From Candidatus Bathyarchaeia archaeon (lineage in GTDB: Archaea; Thermoproteota; Bathyarchaeia; Bathyarchaeales; Bathycorpusculaceae), in the NCBI GenBank assembly GCA_050010755.1, contig JBEKKK010000001.1, positions 992,001-1,056,000 of the forward strand: a stretch of 64,000 nucleotides of DNA. The letters run 5' to 3'. Shown here one piece after another: positions 26,896-37,650 of the stretch. Position numbers and translations under genes: made by a program. Each line of letters opens with the position of its first letter. The first letter of the stretch is position 1. The notes under the pieces are model-generated. The model saw only the letters and a list, made by a program, of their open reading frames with translations. It was not told the DNA's origin and ran no database searches.

Positions 26896-27723
26896 TCATT
26901 CTGGGGCAAGTTTCTGTATTATGCTCACTGCCTGAAAAGTGTTTTCAAAGGTTGAGATGCCGAGATCTGCACGAGCGAAGCCTCCGTTTGCGTTCTGACA
27001 TCTGCGCACAAAACCAACTGTTTGCGATGGAAACTTGCAGTTTTCTCCGAGTGCGTCAAGAGCCATTACTCCATAGTACGTGTGTTCCATGTAGGAGGTG
27101 AAAGAATCAGGGATCACCGTGAAACCTCCATAACGCCTTTCACACATTCTGAGAAAAGATACGGTGTTCTTCAGGCTCTTCATATCAAAACCCAACAGAT
27201 CAAGAGACGTTGCAGCATAGTACGTTGAGTTGACGTTGGAATGGTTGTGTGCTCCAAACCCTCCGTCTCCATTCATGTACTGAAGCAACCATTGCATAAC
27301 GTCGGTGCCTGGGTCGACGCCTAGCAAATTGGCGAGTTCCAGAGCCATAAGCGTAGCTCTAAACTCGGAAGCCACTTCGAAATAGACGTCCACGGATCCG
27401 AAATGTCTCTTCGCCGCGATTGTTGAGGCAATGAATTTTCGGAAACGATAGTCTAACTCTTCACCGCACAGCGACAAGGCCTTACCAACATAGTAGTGAG
27501 AGTAGATGCTGCCCAGCCCAAACTCATGTAGCCATTCCACCGTCTTGGCGACACGGGGATAGGGCGAATCCAGCAGTTTCAACACTGCCAGCCCATAATA
27601 AGTGTCCTGTGCATTGGAATCATTCTCTTCCACAAAGGTATAGCCGCCATCCGTGTTTTGGCGAGACACGACATAGTTGATAATGTTTTTCGTTAAAGAT
27701 GAATCATCAGCCAGTATCTTCAT
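26896..27723 (-). CDS. Prenyltransferase/squalene-oxidase repeat (alpha-alpha toroid) protein
   Basis: Repeats QNTDGGY, MNGDGGFG, ERRYGGF and QNANGGF, each followed by TY(Y/F)...L..L. Confidence 0.85.
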   Translation of the reverse strand: MKILADDSSLTKNIINYVVSRQNTDGGYTFVEENDSNAQDTYYGLAVLKLLDSPYPRVAKTVEWLHEFGLGSIYSHYYVGKALSLCGEELDYRFRKFIASTIAAKRHFGSVDVYFEVASEFRATLMALELANLLGVDPGTDVMQWLLQYMNGDGGFGAHNHSNVNSTYYAATSLDLLGFDMKSLKNTVSFLRMCERRYGGFTVIPDSFTSYMEHTYYGVMALDALGENCKFPSQTVGFVRRCQNANGGFARADLGISTFENTFQAVSIIQKLAPE

Positions 27724-27786
27724 ACAGGTAACTCCCAGATGTTTGACGCGCGCGCCACTCTTGATTTGCCCGCCGCACACTTTTGT

Positions 27787-28905
27787 CTAGAACCTCAGCC
27801 TATGACTCTTCCGGACGCTCTCGTCGAATTCTTTTGCCAACTCTTCCAGCAGAGTTTTCTGATTCGACGTGAGTTTTTCGGGCACTTTGATGTCAACCCG
27901 CAATAAAAGATCGCCTCTTCCGTATCCTCTGAACCTTGGCATGCCCCTGCCCTTCAGTCTGATCACCTCTCCAGGCTGGGTTCCCTCATGAACATCCACC
28001 TCAACGTTTCCATCGAATGTGGGCACCGAGACTTTTGCGCCAAGGGCAGCCTGAGGAAAACCTATCTTCAAATCGTAAAGCAGGTCGTCCTCGTCCCTCT
28101 TGAAGTACGGATGGAGTGCTATGTGAATCAAAACGTAAAGGTCTCCTGGAGAATCGCTTTCCGGCGACATCTCTCCTTGACCTTGTAGTCTAAGCTGGTA
28201 TCCTTCGTCGATGCCGGGCGGCACCTTCACCGTTATGTTTCTTTGCTTTCGCAGCAGGCCCGTGCCCCTGCACGTTGGGCATGGCGAATCGATGATTTTT
28301 CCTTTTCCCTTACACGTGGGGCATGGCACGACCTGCACGAAAGTTCCAAAAGTGCTCCTGTTGGCCCTCTGAATTCTTCCGGCGCCCCTGCAGGTGGGAC
28401 AAACCCTTGGAGAAGTGCCCGGCGCGGCTCCGGTGCCGCCACAAACGTCGCACTTCTCGATTCTCTTGAAATTGATCTCTTTCTCTGTTCCGTGCGCTGC
28501 TTCTTCCAAGGTTATTTCCAAATCGTAGCCAAGATCTCTACCTCTAGTAGCTCTCTCTTCGAAATCTCGTTGGCCAAAAATGGTGCTGAACAGGTCTCCG
28601 AAGCCGAAGTTGAAGCCCATGTCCCTGAATATCGACTCGAAGTCTGCACCTCTAAAAATGTCTTCGGTCGTGTAGCGCTGATCAAATCCCGCGTGGCCTA
28701 ACGTGTCGTATTGTCTTCTTTTCTCCTGATCTGAGAGGACAGCGTAGGCTTCGGAAATCTCTTTGAACTTCTCTTCAGCATCAGGGGCCTTGTTCCGGTC
28801 CGGATGATACTGCATCGCCAGCTTTCTGTAAGCATCCTTGATCTCATCTGGAGAGGCAGTTCTTGATACGCCGAGGACTTCGTAGTAATCTCTCTTGCTC
28901 GCCAT
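27787..28905 (-). CDS. dnaJ: Chaperone DnaJ
   Basis: J domain with HPD, G/F region, four CxxCxGxG repeats. Confidence 0.98.
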   Translation of the reverse strand: MASKRDYYEVLGVSRTASPDEIKDAYRKLAMQYHPDRNKAPDAEEKFKEISEAYAVLSDQEKRRQYDTLGHAGFDQRYTTEDIFRGADFESIFRDMGFNFGFGDLFSTIFGQRDFEERATRGRDLGYDLEITLEEAAHGTEKEINFKRIEKCDVCGGTGAAPGTSPRVCPTCRGAGRIQRANRSTFGTFVQVVPCPTCKGKGKIIDSPCPTCRGTGLLRKQRNITVKVPPGIDEGYQLRLQGQGEMSPESDSPGDLYVLIHIALHPYFKRDEDDLLYDLKIGFPQAALGAKVSVPTFDGNVEVDVHEGTQPGEVIRLKGRGMPRFRGYGRGDLLLRVDIKVPEKLTSNQKTLLEELAKEFDESVRKSHRLRF

Positions 28906-28960
28906 CGTTTTACCATCAGATCAAAGATTTCGAAAAACTAAACAATGCCGTCTGGGCCGC

Positions 28961-30841
28961 TCACTTCACCTTGTAATCCTCAGAGTCGACTACTTTTCCC
29001 TCGCCAGTTGGAGGCTCCCCACTTGTTGGGGACTCCCCGCCAGGAGGCGGGGCTTGTTGCCTCGCCTGTTGTGCGCTTGCCTGTTGATAAACGGCTGTTC
29101 CGACCTCCTGAAGGACCTTAGTTAGTTCGTCGGATGCGGATTTGATTTTGTCCAAATCGGAGCCGCCCAGCGCATCTCTCAACGCAGAAACAGCTACGTC
29201 TATCTTGTTCTTCTGGTCTTGTCCTATTTTATCTCCAAGATCCTTCTTGGTCTTTTCAGCCGTGTACATGAGGTTGTCCGCGTTGTTTCTCAACTCGGCC
29301 TCCTCACGTTTTCTCTTGTCCTGTTCAGCATACTGCTCAGAGTCTCTGATTAGCCTCTCTTTCTCCTCTTTCGACATCTTTGTTGAAGCTGTTATCGTTA
29401 TTTTCGCTTCTTTTGCCGTTCCCAAGTCTTTTGCGGTGACGTTGATTATTCCGTTTGCGTCTATGTCAAAGCTCACTTCGATCTGTGGAACGCCTCTAGG
29501 AGATGGTGGTATTCCTTCTAGGTTGAACATGCCTAGGGACACGTTGTCTGTTGCCATTGCCCGTTCTCCTTGAAGCACGTGAATCGTGACGGCTGTTTGG
29601 AAATCAGCTGCAGTCGTGAATACTTGGCTTCTCCGCGTGGGAATGGTGGTGTTCTTCTCGAGTATCTTGGTGAAAATGTGGCCGAGGGTCTCGACGCCGA
29701 GAGACAAGGGCGTAACGTCAAGCAGAAGCAGATCCTTCACCTCTCCTGTGAGCACGGCCGCCTGAATTGCGGCGCCAACAGCTACACATTCCATTGGATC
29801 TATGCCTCTTTCAGCCGGCTTACCCATAATCTGTTCCACAAACCTTTGCACAAGAGGCATTCTGGTCATGCCGCCTATGAGAATTATTTTGTCTATATCT
29901 TTTGGCGTCAGCTTCGCGTCCTCGAGCGCCTTGACAATTGTGCCTTGTGTTTTCTGTACTATAGGCTGTGCCATGCCTTCGAGTTTTGCTCGGGTAAGGG
30001 TGAGGTGCAGGTGTTTCGGCCCTGAAGCGTCGTTGTACAAGAACGGCAAGTCAATGTCGGTCGCCATCAACGTCGAGAGTTCTATCTTTGCCTTTTCTGC
30101 AGCCTCCTTAAGTCTCCCCATGGCGCTCTTGTCTGCTGCCAGGTTGATGCCTGTCTGTCTTTTGAATTCGTCAAGCAGATAATCCATGATTGCTTTGTCG
30201 AGGTCCGTTCCGCCGATTTGTGTGTCGCCGCTGGTTGACAGTACTTGGAAGACTCCTTTTCCGAAATCCATCACGGTCACGTCGTGCGTGCCTCCGCCGA
30301 AGCTGAAGACAAGTATCTTCATCTCTTTCTCGATCTTATCGACTCCGTACGCGAGGCAGGCTGCAGTCGGTTCATTGATTATTCTTGCAACTTCGAAGCC
30401 TGCTATCTCTCCCGCGTCCTTTGTTGCTTGGCGCTGGTTGTCGTTGAAGTGAGCAGGCACCGTGATTACTGCTTTCCTTATCGGAACTGCCAGATAGGTT
30501 TCCGCATCTTTCTTGATCTTTTGCAGAATGAATGATGAAATCTGCTGTGGGGTGTACTCTTTTCCGTAAATATTTACTTTATAATCAGTGCCCATCTTCC
30601 TTTTTATTTCGTACACGGTTCCTTCGGGGTTGGCAGTTGCCTGCCTCTTAGCCGATTCACCCACCAACAGTTGGCCATCTTTGGTGAAGGCCACGACTGA
30701 GGGGAACATTTTTCCCGCCATGGTAGGTCCTTCGGCACTCGGTATGACCGTTGAGCGTCCATTCTCGTAAATGGCCGCAGCCGAGTTTGTCGTTCCCAAG
30801 TCTATACCAAGTATTTTTTCTCCCGCTTTAACATTACTCAT
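28961..30841 (-). CDS. dnaK: Chaperone DnaK (Hsp70)
   Basis: [43 protein letters not shown]. Confidence 0.99.
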   Translation of the reverse strand: MSNVKAGEKILGIDLGTTNSAAAIYENGRSTVIPSAEGPTMAGKMFPSVVAFTKDGQLLVGESAKRQATANPEGTVYEIKRKMGTDYKVNIYGKEYTPQQISSFILQKIKKDAETYLAVPIRKAVITVPAHFNDNQRQATKDAGEIAGFEVARIINEPTAACLAYGVDKIEKEMKILVFSFGGGTHDVTVMDFGKGVFQVLSTSGDTQIGGTDLDKAIMDYLLDEFKRQTGINLAADKSAMGRLKEAAEKAKIELSTLMATDIDLPFLYNDASGPKHLHLTLTRAKLEGMAQPIVQKTQGTIVKALEDAKLTPKDIDKIILIGGMTRMPLVQRFVEQIMGKPAERGIDPMECVAVGAAIQAAVLTGEVKDLLLLDVTPLSLGVETLGHIFTKILEKNTTIPTRRSQVFTTAADFQTAVTIHVLQGERAMATDNVSLGMFNLEGIPPSPRGVPQIEVSFDIDANGIINVTAKDLGTAKEAKITITASTKMSKEEKERLIRDSEQYAEQDKRKREEAELRNNADNLMYTAEKTKKDLGDKIGQDQKNKIDVAVSALRDALGGSDLDKIKSASDELTKVLQEVGTAVYQQASAQQARQQAPPPGGESPTSGEPPTGEGKVVDSEDYKVK

Positions 30842-31376
30842 CTGAATTCATCTCCTTTTGTGATTTTGAAGGTTTCACCACAACCTTAACAATGCTCGGT
30901 CTAATCACTTTTTCCCTCATGGTATAACCTTTTCGGACTTCTTCGGAGATTGTGCATCCATCTTCATCTTCACTTTCGGTTGTCGCGATGGCGTGGTGTT
31001 TCGTCGGATCGAAGGGCTTACCCAAGCATTCTATTGGAGATACTCCTTGATTTTCAAGCACTTTCTTCATTTTCTTCAGGGTCATTTCAACGCCCTGAAT
31101 TAAGGCTTCCGCAGAGTTGGTGGAGCGGCCAGACTTGACAGCCAACTCCAACTCGTCTACAACATCCAATAACTCGATGATGAGGGGTTCCGTACAGTAT
31201 TTCTTAACCTCCTCCATCTGCCTCTCGTACCTTTTCTTCAGATTCTCAGCATCTGCCTGAGCATACTTCAGTCTGGTGAGATACTCTTCAGAACGCCTCT
31301 TCTCCATGGCCAAAGCTTTTGTCAAGGCCTCGACTTGGTCAGCATTTTCCTCCGGTTCTTTTTGCTCTTCGCCCAT
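30834..31376 (-). CDS. grpE: Nucleotide exchange factor GrpE
   Basis: [20 protein letters not shown]...VIRPSIVKV; upstream of dnaK. Confidence 0.96.
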   Translation of the reverse strand: MGEEQKEPEENADQVEALTKALAMEKRRSEEYLTRLKYAQADAENLKKRYERQMEEVKKYCTEPLIIELLDVVDELELAVKSGRSTNSAEALIQGVEMTLKKMKKVLENQGVSPIECLGKPFDPTKHHAIATTESEDEDGCTISEEVRKGYTMREKVIRPSIVKVVVKPSKSQKEMNSDE

Positions 31377-31393
31377 TCAAGGCTCTCCGAATA

Positions 31394-31430
31394 GTTTGCA
31401 AACCTTTAGCGTGTCGAACAAAAATATATA
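31394..31430 (-). promoter_or_regulatory. Candidate grpE-dnaK-dnaJ promoter with a palindromic operator
   Basis: TATA-like TATATATTTT (31430-31421) and palindrome GTTTGCAAAC (31394-31403) between it and the start. Confidence 0.4.
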
Positions 31431-31759
31431 CCTAATGCTCAGTGACTTTTTCCAAATGCGCACGCTCTCCATCTTCTTTGTCTTTTTCGTTGCCTGCGAG
31501 GCCTATTTTCTTCACTTGACAGTACGTACAGAATAGCGCGCGCGACTTTCGACTCGAGCAAATCGACCTTCTTTCAAGTCTTTGAGGAGGAGCTCAAGGG
31601 TATCAGTAAAATCGTCAGCTGACAGTAACTAGCGCGCGCAGGAGGCGAATAACAGTATCGCCTAAGGAAAATGGCTCACAGTCAAAGCTCCTGAAGCCAG
31701 CAAAAATTGTTAAATACGAATAGACAAGATATGGTGCATCGACAATTGAGGAATAGAGT

Positions 31760-32362
31760 ATGACTGAAGAAAATGAATATTTCATCGATTACATCGCTAT
31801 CGGAATCATAGGATTCGCCATCGGACAAGCAATCGCAAGCGTCGGTGGATTCCAAAGCTTTTTCGGAGGAGCAGTTGGGACATTTGGCGGTATCGATTGG
31901 GGCAAAACGGTAGGAAGCGACGTCATCATAGGTATCTTCGCGTTCATTCCCGCAGGTTTCGTGGCAGGATATCTGTGCTATAAGCTGCTTAAGTCGGAGG
32001 ATAAAATGGCAGGTTTCACAGGCGGTGTCATGTCTTTCTTGGCTTACTTTATAATCACGTTGATAGTGGCACTGGCCCAAATCGGCATTCGAGGATATGA
32101 CTTTGGAACATATATGGAACTTTGGGTCGTTCTCATGGTGTTCGCTTTGATCTTCTTACCAATAGGAGGGTTCCTGGCTGGCATGATGAATGGAACGAAG
32201 GCGCCGATGCCTTCTTTCCTAAAGTTCCAGTTCCAGCGAGGCCCCGCGGCTCCTCCGCCCCCTCCTGGCTCTGCAAACATGTGCCCCACATGTGGTAGCC
32301 CTTTGAGATACATAGAACAGTACAAAAGATGGTACTGCGACAAAGAACAAAAATACGTTTAG
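31760..32362 (+). CDS. Membrane protein with Pro-rich linker and C-terminal zinc ribbon
   Basis: Four to five TM segments, then PPPPP-CPTCGSPLRYIEQYKRWYC. Confidence 0.85.
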   Translation: MTEENEYFIDYIAIGIIGFAIGQAIASVGGFQSFFGGAVGTFGGIDWGKTVGSDVIIGIFAFIPAGFVAGYLCYKLLKSEDKMAGFTGGVMSFLAYFIITLIVALAQIGIRGYDFGTYMELWVVLMVFALIFLPIGGFLAGMMNGTKAPMPSFLKFQFQRGPAAPPPPPGSANMCPTCGSPLRYIEQYKRWYCDKEQKYV

Positions 32363-32589
32363 CAAACAACCCATCTTTTTTTTGTTGATACGCGCGCGGA
32401 GACCATTATTTATAGCGTATGTACGCGCGAATTAACTCATAGAATAGTGCGCGAGTTGGTTCTTTGGGCAATTAATCAGTTTCTTTCTCGCGGTTTTCCT
32501 TGTCTTTTTTGAGCGCGGGCTAGCCATTATTCATTCTTGTAAATGGTCTGATGAAACATTTGAACACTTTAGATTCGAGCCTTGCGCGT

Positions 32590-33147
32590 TTAATGTTTTG
32601 CTGTCGCGGTCAGCACAATCAGGCTTTCAATGAGGTCGGCAATCGATTTCTTTGCTTTCTCGTCTTTCAGTTTGCCATCTTCATCGAATTTTTCTCGTGC
32701 ATAGCTCACCATTACTTCTGGCCTGTTGACGGCGTGCATGTTTAGGAATACGAAGCATTGTCGCAGGTGATACTGTGCTCTCGCTGTTCCCAGCATTCCT
32801 GTGGATGCGCCCATTATCGCCACTGGCTTGTCATTGAAGACATTGTCAGTTGGCGGCCTTGAGGCCCAGTCGATTGCGTTCTTGAGCACTCCTGGGATAG
32901 AATAGTTGTATTCGGGCGTCGCTATCAGTAATGCATCGGACGCTCTGATTCTGTTCTTGAAGTCCACAATTTTTTCAGGTGGTCGTGTTTCTATATCTTG
33001 GTTGAACGGAGGGATTCCCTCAAGATCGAAAATCGTGAACATTGCATTCTTCGGCATTAGTTCAGCGGCCGCTTCCAGCAATGCTTTGTTGTATGAACCT
33101 TTCCTCAAACTTCCAGCAAAACCAAGAATGCGAACAGGTTCGACCAT
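32590..33147 (-). CDS. NAD(P)H-dependent FMN reductase (ChrR/SsuE family)
   Basis: GSLRKGSYN, ATPEYNYSIPGVLKNAIDWASR. Confidence 0.95.
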   Translation of the reverse strand: MVEPVRILGFAGSLRKGSYNKALLEAAAELMPKNAMFTIFDLEGIPPFNQDIETRPPEKIVDFKNRIRASDALLIATPEYNYSIPGVLKNAIDWASRPPTDNVFNDKPVAIMGASTGMLGTARAQYHLRQCFVFLNMHAVNRPEVMVSYAREKFDEDGKLKDEKAKKSIADLIESLIVLTATAKH

Positions 33148-33297
33148 GGTCACCGTGTATAGCACTTTTTCGTTAAATAGATTTTTGTCCGTCGAAAAAT
33201 TGTCCTCGAGAGAAGCTCAAGGATATATCGAAGTCTGGCCGGCCAAGCTTGCTCTCCCGAGTCCGCAGAAGCGCGCGCGTTACTTAGGCCAAGCTTC

Positions 33298-33954
33298 TCA
33301 GTCGAAAGTGAAGGCCGAGGGGCATATCTTGTTCAGAACGCAAACTCCGCACTTGGGCTTCTTTGCCACGCAGACGTTTCTGCCGAGGAACATGAGCAAG
33401 TCAGTGATTCTCATCCACTCGTTTTTCGGGACGATTTCCATCAGATCCTTTTCTATCTTTTCCGGGTCTTCCTTCTCTGTAAGTCCTAGCCGTTTGGACA
33501 ATCTGCGGACATGCGTATCCACGGCTATTCCGTCAATAACGCCGTAAGCATTCTGCAGAACAATGTTCGCGGTTTTTCTAGCGACTCCGGGCAACTGCAG
33601 CAGTTCTTCCATCGTTCTCGGAACTTGAGAGTCAAACCTGTCCACAAGGATGTTGTTGGTCTGTTTGATGTTCTTGGCTTTGTTTCGGAAGAAACCGGTG
33701 GGCTTTATGTCGAGTTCAAGCTCGTCCAAATATGCTTTGGCGTAGTCCTCTGCATTTCTGTATTTCTTGAAAAGTGTTTCCGTCACCTTGTTTACTCTTT
33801 CATCCGTGCATTGAGCAGAGAGAATAGTGGCGACCAGGAGTTCAAGCGGATTTCTGTATTTCAAGGCTATCTTGGCCTGAGGATATTCCTTTTCCAATAG
33901 TCTTATAGTCGTTGACGCTCTGGCTTTTCTATCTGTCCCCGCAGTCCTGCTCAT
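33298..33954 (-). CDS. nth: Endonuclease III
   Basis: ILSAQCTD, HhH LPGVARKTA, VDTHV, C-x6-C-x2-C-x5-C. Confidence 0.97.
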   Translation of the reverse strand: MSRTAGTDRKARASTTIRLLEKEYPQAKIALKYRNPLELLVATILSAQCTDERVNKVTETLFKKYRNAEDYAKAYLDELELDIKPTGFFRNKAKNIKQTNNILVDRFDSQVPRTMEELLQLPGVARKTANIVLQNAYGVIDGIAVDTHVRRLSKRLGLTEKEDPEKIEKDLMEIVPKNEWMRITDLLMFLGRNVCVAKKPKCGVCVLNKICPSAFTFD

Positions 33955-34048
33955 TCAGGTCACTGTTCTCTCATGCATTGTTTGGCTAGAAAAAGCTTAC
34001 AGAAGCTTTTTACTCTCAGAGAATACATTTTGCTAGAGGCGATATTGT

Positions 34049-34198
34049 TTGAACACTAGATTGTTGGTTGACGGCGAAGTTATCGACTTGAACGAATTCG
34101 TCGAAAAAATCCTCGGCGGCACAATCGCAGGAGCGGTGACCTCGTTGCGAGACATAAAGAAAGACTGGAAAAAAATCGAAATACAGGTAACAAAATAA
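34049..34198 (+). CDS. Small protein resembling the MobB C-terminal domain (not in ORF track)
   Basis: Manual translation MNTRLLVDGEVIDLNEFVEKILGGTIAGAVTSLRDIKKDWKKIEIQVTK; GAGG RBS. Confidence 0.65.
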   Translation: MNTRLLVDGEVIDLNEFVEKILGGTIAGAVTSLRDIKKDWKKIEIQVTK

Positions 34199-34218
34199 AA
34201 CCATGCTTTGTTATTGTG

Positions 34219-34779
34219 CTAACCCTGCACTGTCGTGTTTATTTCCAGTTGGGTGAACATTTCTCTTTTTGCTTTGCATATTGGACAGACGTAGGGTGGA
34301 TCTTCGCGGTATACGACGTAGCCGCATTGTTTGCAGTACCAGAGTTTCTTCTTAACCGAACCGGTTTGTGTAGTGGGCACTGGTTTGGCCTCAGGTGCTT
34401 GTGGGCCTACTGGCTTGGGTGCCGCTGCCGCCGTGGGGCCGTAGGCTCTGGCCTGTTTTTCTGGGGGTCTGCGTTCGGGGATTGGGTTTATCGGTGTTTT
34501 GCCTTCGTACAGGTCTTTTCGCATGTATAATGCGCAGTAACAGGCTCCGTATTCGGCGATGTCTGGATCTCGGTAGTCGCACGGGCAGATTATGTCTCGG
34601 TCGATCTCAAGGTTTCCCGTGGCAAGTCTGCAGGGGCATGAAGGATAGCCGTAACGTTCCTCGTTCTTTTTCAAACCTTCGAGGAGGTCTTGCAGAAATT
34701 TAGGGTCGGAATGTAAGTAGTACCCGTAGGTTTTTGCGTCACTCTCGGCTCTTTGGCGAACCTTTTCGAGCGATATCAA
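34219..34779 (-). CDS. Ferredoxin:thioredoxin reductase catalytic-type protein with C-terminal rubredoxin-like domain
   Basis: CPCR, CPC and CYC motifs, then WYCKQCGY...CPIC. Confidence 0.92.
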   Translation of the reverse strand: MISLEKVRQRAESDAKTYGYYLHSDPKFLQDLLEGLKKNEERYGYPSCPCRLATGNLEIDRDIICPCDYRDPDIAEYGACYCALYMRKDLYEGKTPINPIPERRPPEKQARAYGPTAAAAPKPVGPQAPEAKPVPTTQTGSVKKKLWYCKQCGYVVYREDPPYVCPICKAKREMFTQLEINTTVQG

Positions 34780-35069
34780 ATATCAAGTGCCTCTTTTATC
34801 TTGTCTTTACGGAAGCCCGTGACGACGGTTTTTCCGTCGACAATTATCGTTGGGTAGGTGGGTGAACCTCCTAGGCGTGTGATTTCGTTTCTGATTTTTT
34901 CATGGTCTTCGTCATTTGCCAAGTCAACGTCCACATATTCATATTCGATATCGTTTTCTTTCAGGAACTCCTTCGTCATTTTGCACCATGCACACGTACT
35001 TATCGCGTAAATCAGAACTTTATGTGTCTTGTTATTGCCGTTAACTCTGATTTTCTCCATTCTTTTCAC
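34776..35069 (-). CDS. Glutaredoxin-like protein
   Basis: STCAWC, YPTIIVDG, GF. Confidence 0.92.
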   Translation of the reverse strand: MKRMEKIRVNGNNKTHKVLIYAISTCAWCKMTKEFLKENDIEYEYVDVDLANDEDHEKIRNEITRLGGSPTYPTIIVDGKTVVTGFRKDKIKEALDI

Positions 35070-35296
35070 ACCACTTTCTTAATGAGTCTACTATCAGCCT
35101 AGCCTATATCAATGTAGGATATAATAATTTAGCTCGGGTTTGACTTGGCGAAATATTGCACCTGAGTATTTCTCTTTGGCGTTTCTGGCGCAAAGGCGTT
35201 TGTTTTGACTACTTGATTCTTGGCTTTTAGTTTCATCTTTCGTGTGATGTAATGAAAAGATGGGGGTTGTGAGTTTGGCTTATTTCTTGTTCAAGC

Positions 35297-35911
35297 TTAT
35301 TTTTGGAATTCTTGAAGTCTTTCGTTAGCTTTGGCCCAGTTGACGATGCTCCAGAACGCTTCTATGTATTTGGCTCTGTCGTTTTTGTAGTCGACGTAGT
35401 ATGCGTGCTCCCAGACGTCTAGGACCATGAGGATGTGGAAGCCTGGGTAGACGTTGGTGTTGTGTTTTTCAATTTGCATTACTATCGGTCGTTTTGTTTG
35501 TTTGTCGATAGTCAATGCGGCCCATCCTGAGCCTTCAACGCTCTGGGCTGCCTGAGAGAATTCTTTCTTGAATCTGTCGAAGCTTCCGAACTCCTTGTCT
35601 AATGCGTCAGCAAGCGCACTTGCTGGTTTTCCTCCTGCCTTTTTAGGTGGTGCTAGGTTGTTCCAGAATAGTGAGTGGAGAAGGTTTCCGCCTATGTTGA
35701 AGGAGAGTTCTTTCAGGGAAGACTTAACGTCCACGTCAGCTCCTTCTTTTCTGGCCTTGTCCAGCTTTTGAAATATAGTATTCGCACCGTTGACGTATGC
35801 CTGATGGTGCTTGTCATGATGTAGCGTCAATTGCTCTTTGGACATGTACGGCTGTAAGTCCCCGTAATCGTACGGCAGCTTCGGCAGAATGTAGAGTTTG
35901 CTTGTTTCCAT
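35297..35911 (-). CDS. sod: Fe/Mn superoxide dismutase
   Basis: [22 protein letters not shown]. Confidence 0.97.
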   Translation of the reverse strand: METSKLYILPKLPYDYGDLQPYMSKEQLTLHHDKHHQAYVNGANTIFQKLDKARKEGADVDVKSSLKELSFNIGGNLLHSLFWNNLAPPKKAGGKPASALADALDKEFGSFDRFKKEFSQAAQSVEGSGWAALTIDKQTKRPIVMQIEKHNTNVYPGFHILMVLDVWEHAYYVDYKNDRAKYIEAFWSIVNWAKANERLQEFQK

Positions 35912-36112
35912 AATACATTCCTTCTGTGACTAATACCTTGCAACTTGTGCAGTTTTAAACTTTCCTTACTACCGTGCTGCAGTAACGCCAACTTCGGTGT
36001 GAGGTTGCGATATGCAAGCATATGATGGTATGTCTTCTTAGATTTGTCGATGAAGACAATAAGTTTAAGCTTGAGCGCAGTAAGACTTCAGAAAGCTCAG
36101 GCGGATGGTTGA

Positions 36113-36469
36113 ATGGAGATGCTAACGATGGTAATCAGCAGCTCTCCGTATGGAGATGAGAGAATCTGGAATGCTTTGAGGTTGGCAGAAGCACTGTCAT
36201 GCTCGAATGCAAGGATGAAAGTCAGCATTTTCCTAATCGGCGACGCGGTGAACGCTGCCAAGAAGGGACAAAAACCTGCCAAGGGATTTTACAACATAGA
36301 AAGAATGCTTGAAGGCCTCGTCAAAGTAGGTGTCTGCGTCAACGTTTGCCACACGAGTATGAACCTGAGAGGGCTAACCGAGCAGGATCTAGTCGAAGGA
36401 ACAGAAATGGGCACTATAACGGGGCTTTCAAAATGGATAGCAGAAAGCCAGAGAGTTCTATCTTTCTAG
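36113..36469 (+). CDS. DsrE/YchN-like protein
   Basis: SSPYGDE...ALRLA...FLIGDAV...RGL. Confidence 0.85.
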   Translation: MEMLTMVISSSPYGDERIWNALRLAEALSCSNARMKVSIFLIGDAVNAAKKGQKPAKGFYNIERMLEGLVKVGVCVNVCHTSMNLRGLTEQDLVEGTEMGTITGLSKWIAESQRVLSF

Positions 36470-36624
36470 AAGTAATTCACACTTGTCGCGGGCTTTGCTG
36501 GTTCATGTGAAGACCTTTGAACTGCTGCATGCCTTTTCATAGACTTGCGCGCCGTTCGGTTTGCAGTTTCATAAACGAAAGGGTTAATATTTCCAAGCTT
36601 TCCATCTAGGATGGGTGAATCAGT

Positions 36625-36939
36625 TTGCCGATAGATCCTGACTTTCAGAAGAAGCGTACAATTGCAGGCCAGCACAATGGGCACAATGTCTGGGGACCTG
36701 TTGAACCGCCCAAGAAACTGGGCGTTCATGGGACCGACGTGGCTGTCGACTGGGACATTTGTACTGGAGACGGAATCTGCATCGACGTTTGCCCCGTGAC
36801 ACTGTTTGATTGGGGTGATTCTCCCGGCCATCCGAATTCGGAGAAGAAATCTGACCCGGCAAGAGAGAAAGACTGCATAAAATGCCTTGCATGCGAAGTT
36901 CAATGCCCAGCACAAGCTATTAAAATATCACAAACCTGA
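36625..36939 (+). CDS. zfx: Zinc-containing-type dicluster ferredoxin
   Basis: N-terminal extension IDPDF...H..H.VWGPVEPP..LGVHGT plus CTGDGIC...CP and CIKCLAC...CP. Confidence 0.85.
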   Translation: MPIDPDFQKKRTIAGQHNGHNVWGPVEPPKKLGVHGTDVAVDWDICTGDGICIDVCPVTLFDWGDSPGHPNSEKKSDPAREKDCIKCLACEVQCPAQAIKISQT

Positions 36940-37007
36940 ATTGTTGCACTGTAGACCCAAAAGAAATTTATTCCCCTTTTTTAGCTTTTGAATTAAGAGG
37001 CTGAGTT

Positions 37008-37244
37008 ATGAAGGTCAAACCTGACAAAACGTTGGACTGTTTAGGCCTGTACTGTCCTGAACCCGTCTTCAAGACGAGACTTGAATTGGACGAGCTGAAA
37101 GTTGGCGAGACTCTGGAGGTTCTTGCAGACGATCCAGCTGCCGAGTCTGACATACGGAGTCTAGTGAAGAATCTGGAACAGGAACTAGTGAGTGTGAACA
37201 AGGAAGGCGAAACGGTTCGTATATTAATAAGGAAAGTTAAATGA
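37008..37244 (+). CDS. TusA-family sulfur carrier
   Basis: LDCLGLYCPEP...DDPAAESDI. Confidence 0.93.
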   Translation: MKVKPDKTLDCLGLYCPEPVFKTRLELDELKVGETLEVLADDPAAESDIRSLVKNLEQELVSVNKEGETVRILIRKVK

Positions 37245-37267
37245 GAAATATCGAGAAGTGAAGTGAA

Positions 37268-37639
37268 ATGAGCGTTAAGAAGAAAAAAATTCTGTACGTG
37301 CAAACCAGCGGTACCGACAATCCTGAACGCGCCTATGCACCTTTCATTCTGGCAACCACGGCCGCAATGATGAACGTTGAAGCCACCGTCTACTTCGTGA
37401 TAAAGGGCGTCACTCTTGTCAAAAAGGGTGAAGCTGAGAAAATCAAGATGGGCAGTTTTCCATCGCTCAAAGAGGTTATGGATCAGGCAGTCAAAGCAGG
37501 CGTCAAGCTCTCCGTGTGCGAACAGAGCTGCGGACTACTCGGAATTCCCAAGGGCGAGTTCACGAAAGAGGCACAGGTTGTGGGCGCTGCAACCCTTAAT
37601 GACCTAGCTCTCACCGCTGACGCTATTCTAAGCTTCTGA
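37268..37639 (+). CDS. DsrE-family protein
   Basis: ERAYAPF..A..AA...GV...VCEQS...VGAA. Confidence 0.85.
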   Translation: MSVKKKKILYVQTSGTDNPERAYAPFILATTAAMMNVEATVYFVIKGVTLVKKGEAEKIKMGSFPSLKEVMDQAVKAGVKLSVCEQSCGLLGIPKGEFTKEAQVVGAATLNDLALTADAILSF

Positions 37640-37650
37640 GTGAAAACACC

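Noticed and set aside
27787-31376. Bacterial-type grpE-dnaK-dnaJ as evidence of contamination or novelty
   Set aside because: This operon is well known in many archaea, and the flanking genes and signals are archaeal.
32906-33547. Long antisense ORFs (for example 32906-33547, 40954-41577, 55132-55749, 62382-63134)
   Set aside because: They lie opposite well-supported genes and carry no recognisable motifs.
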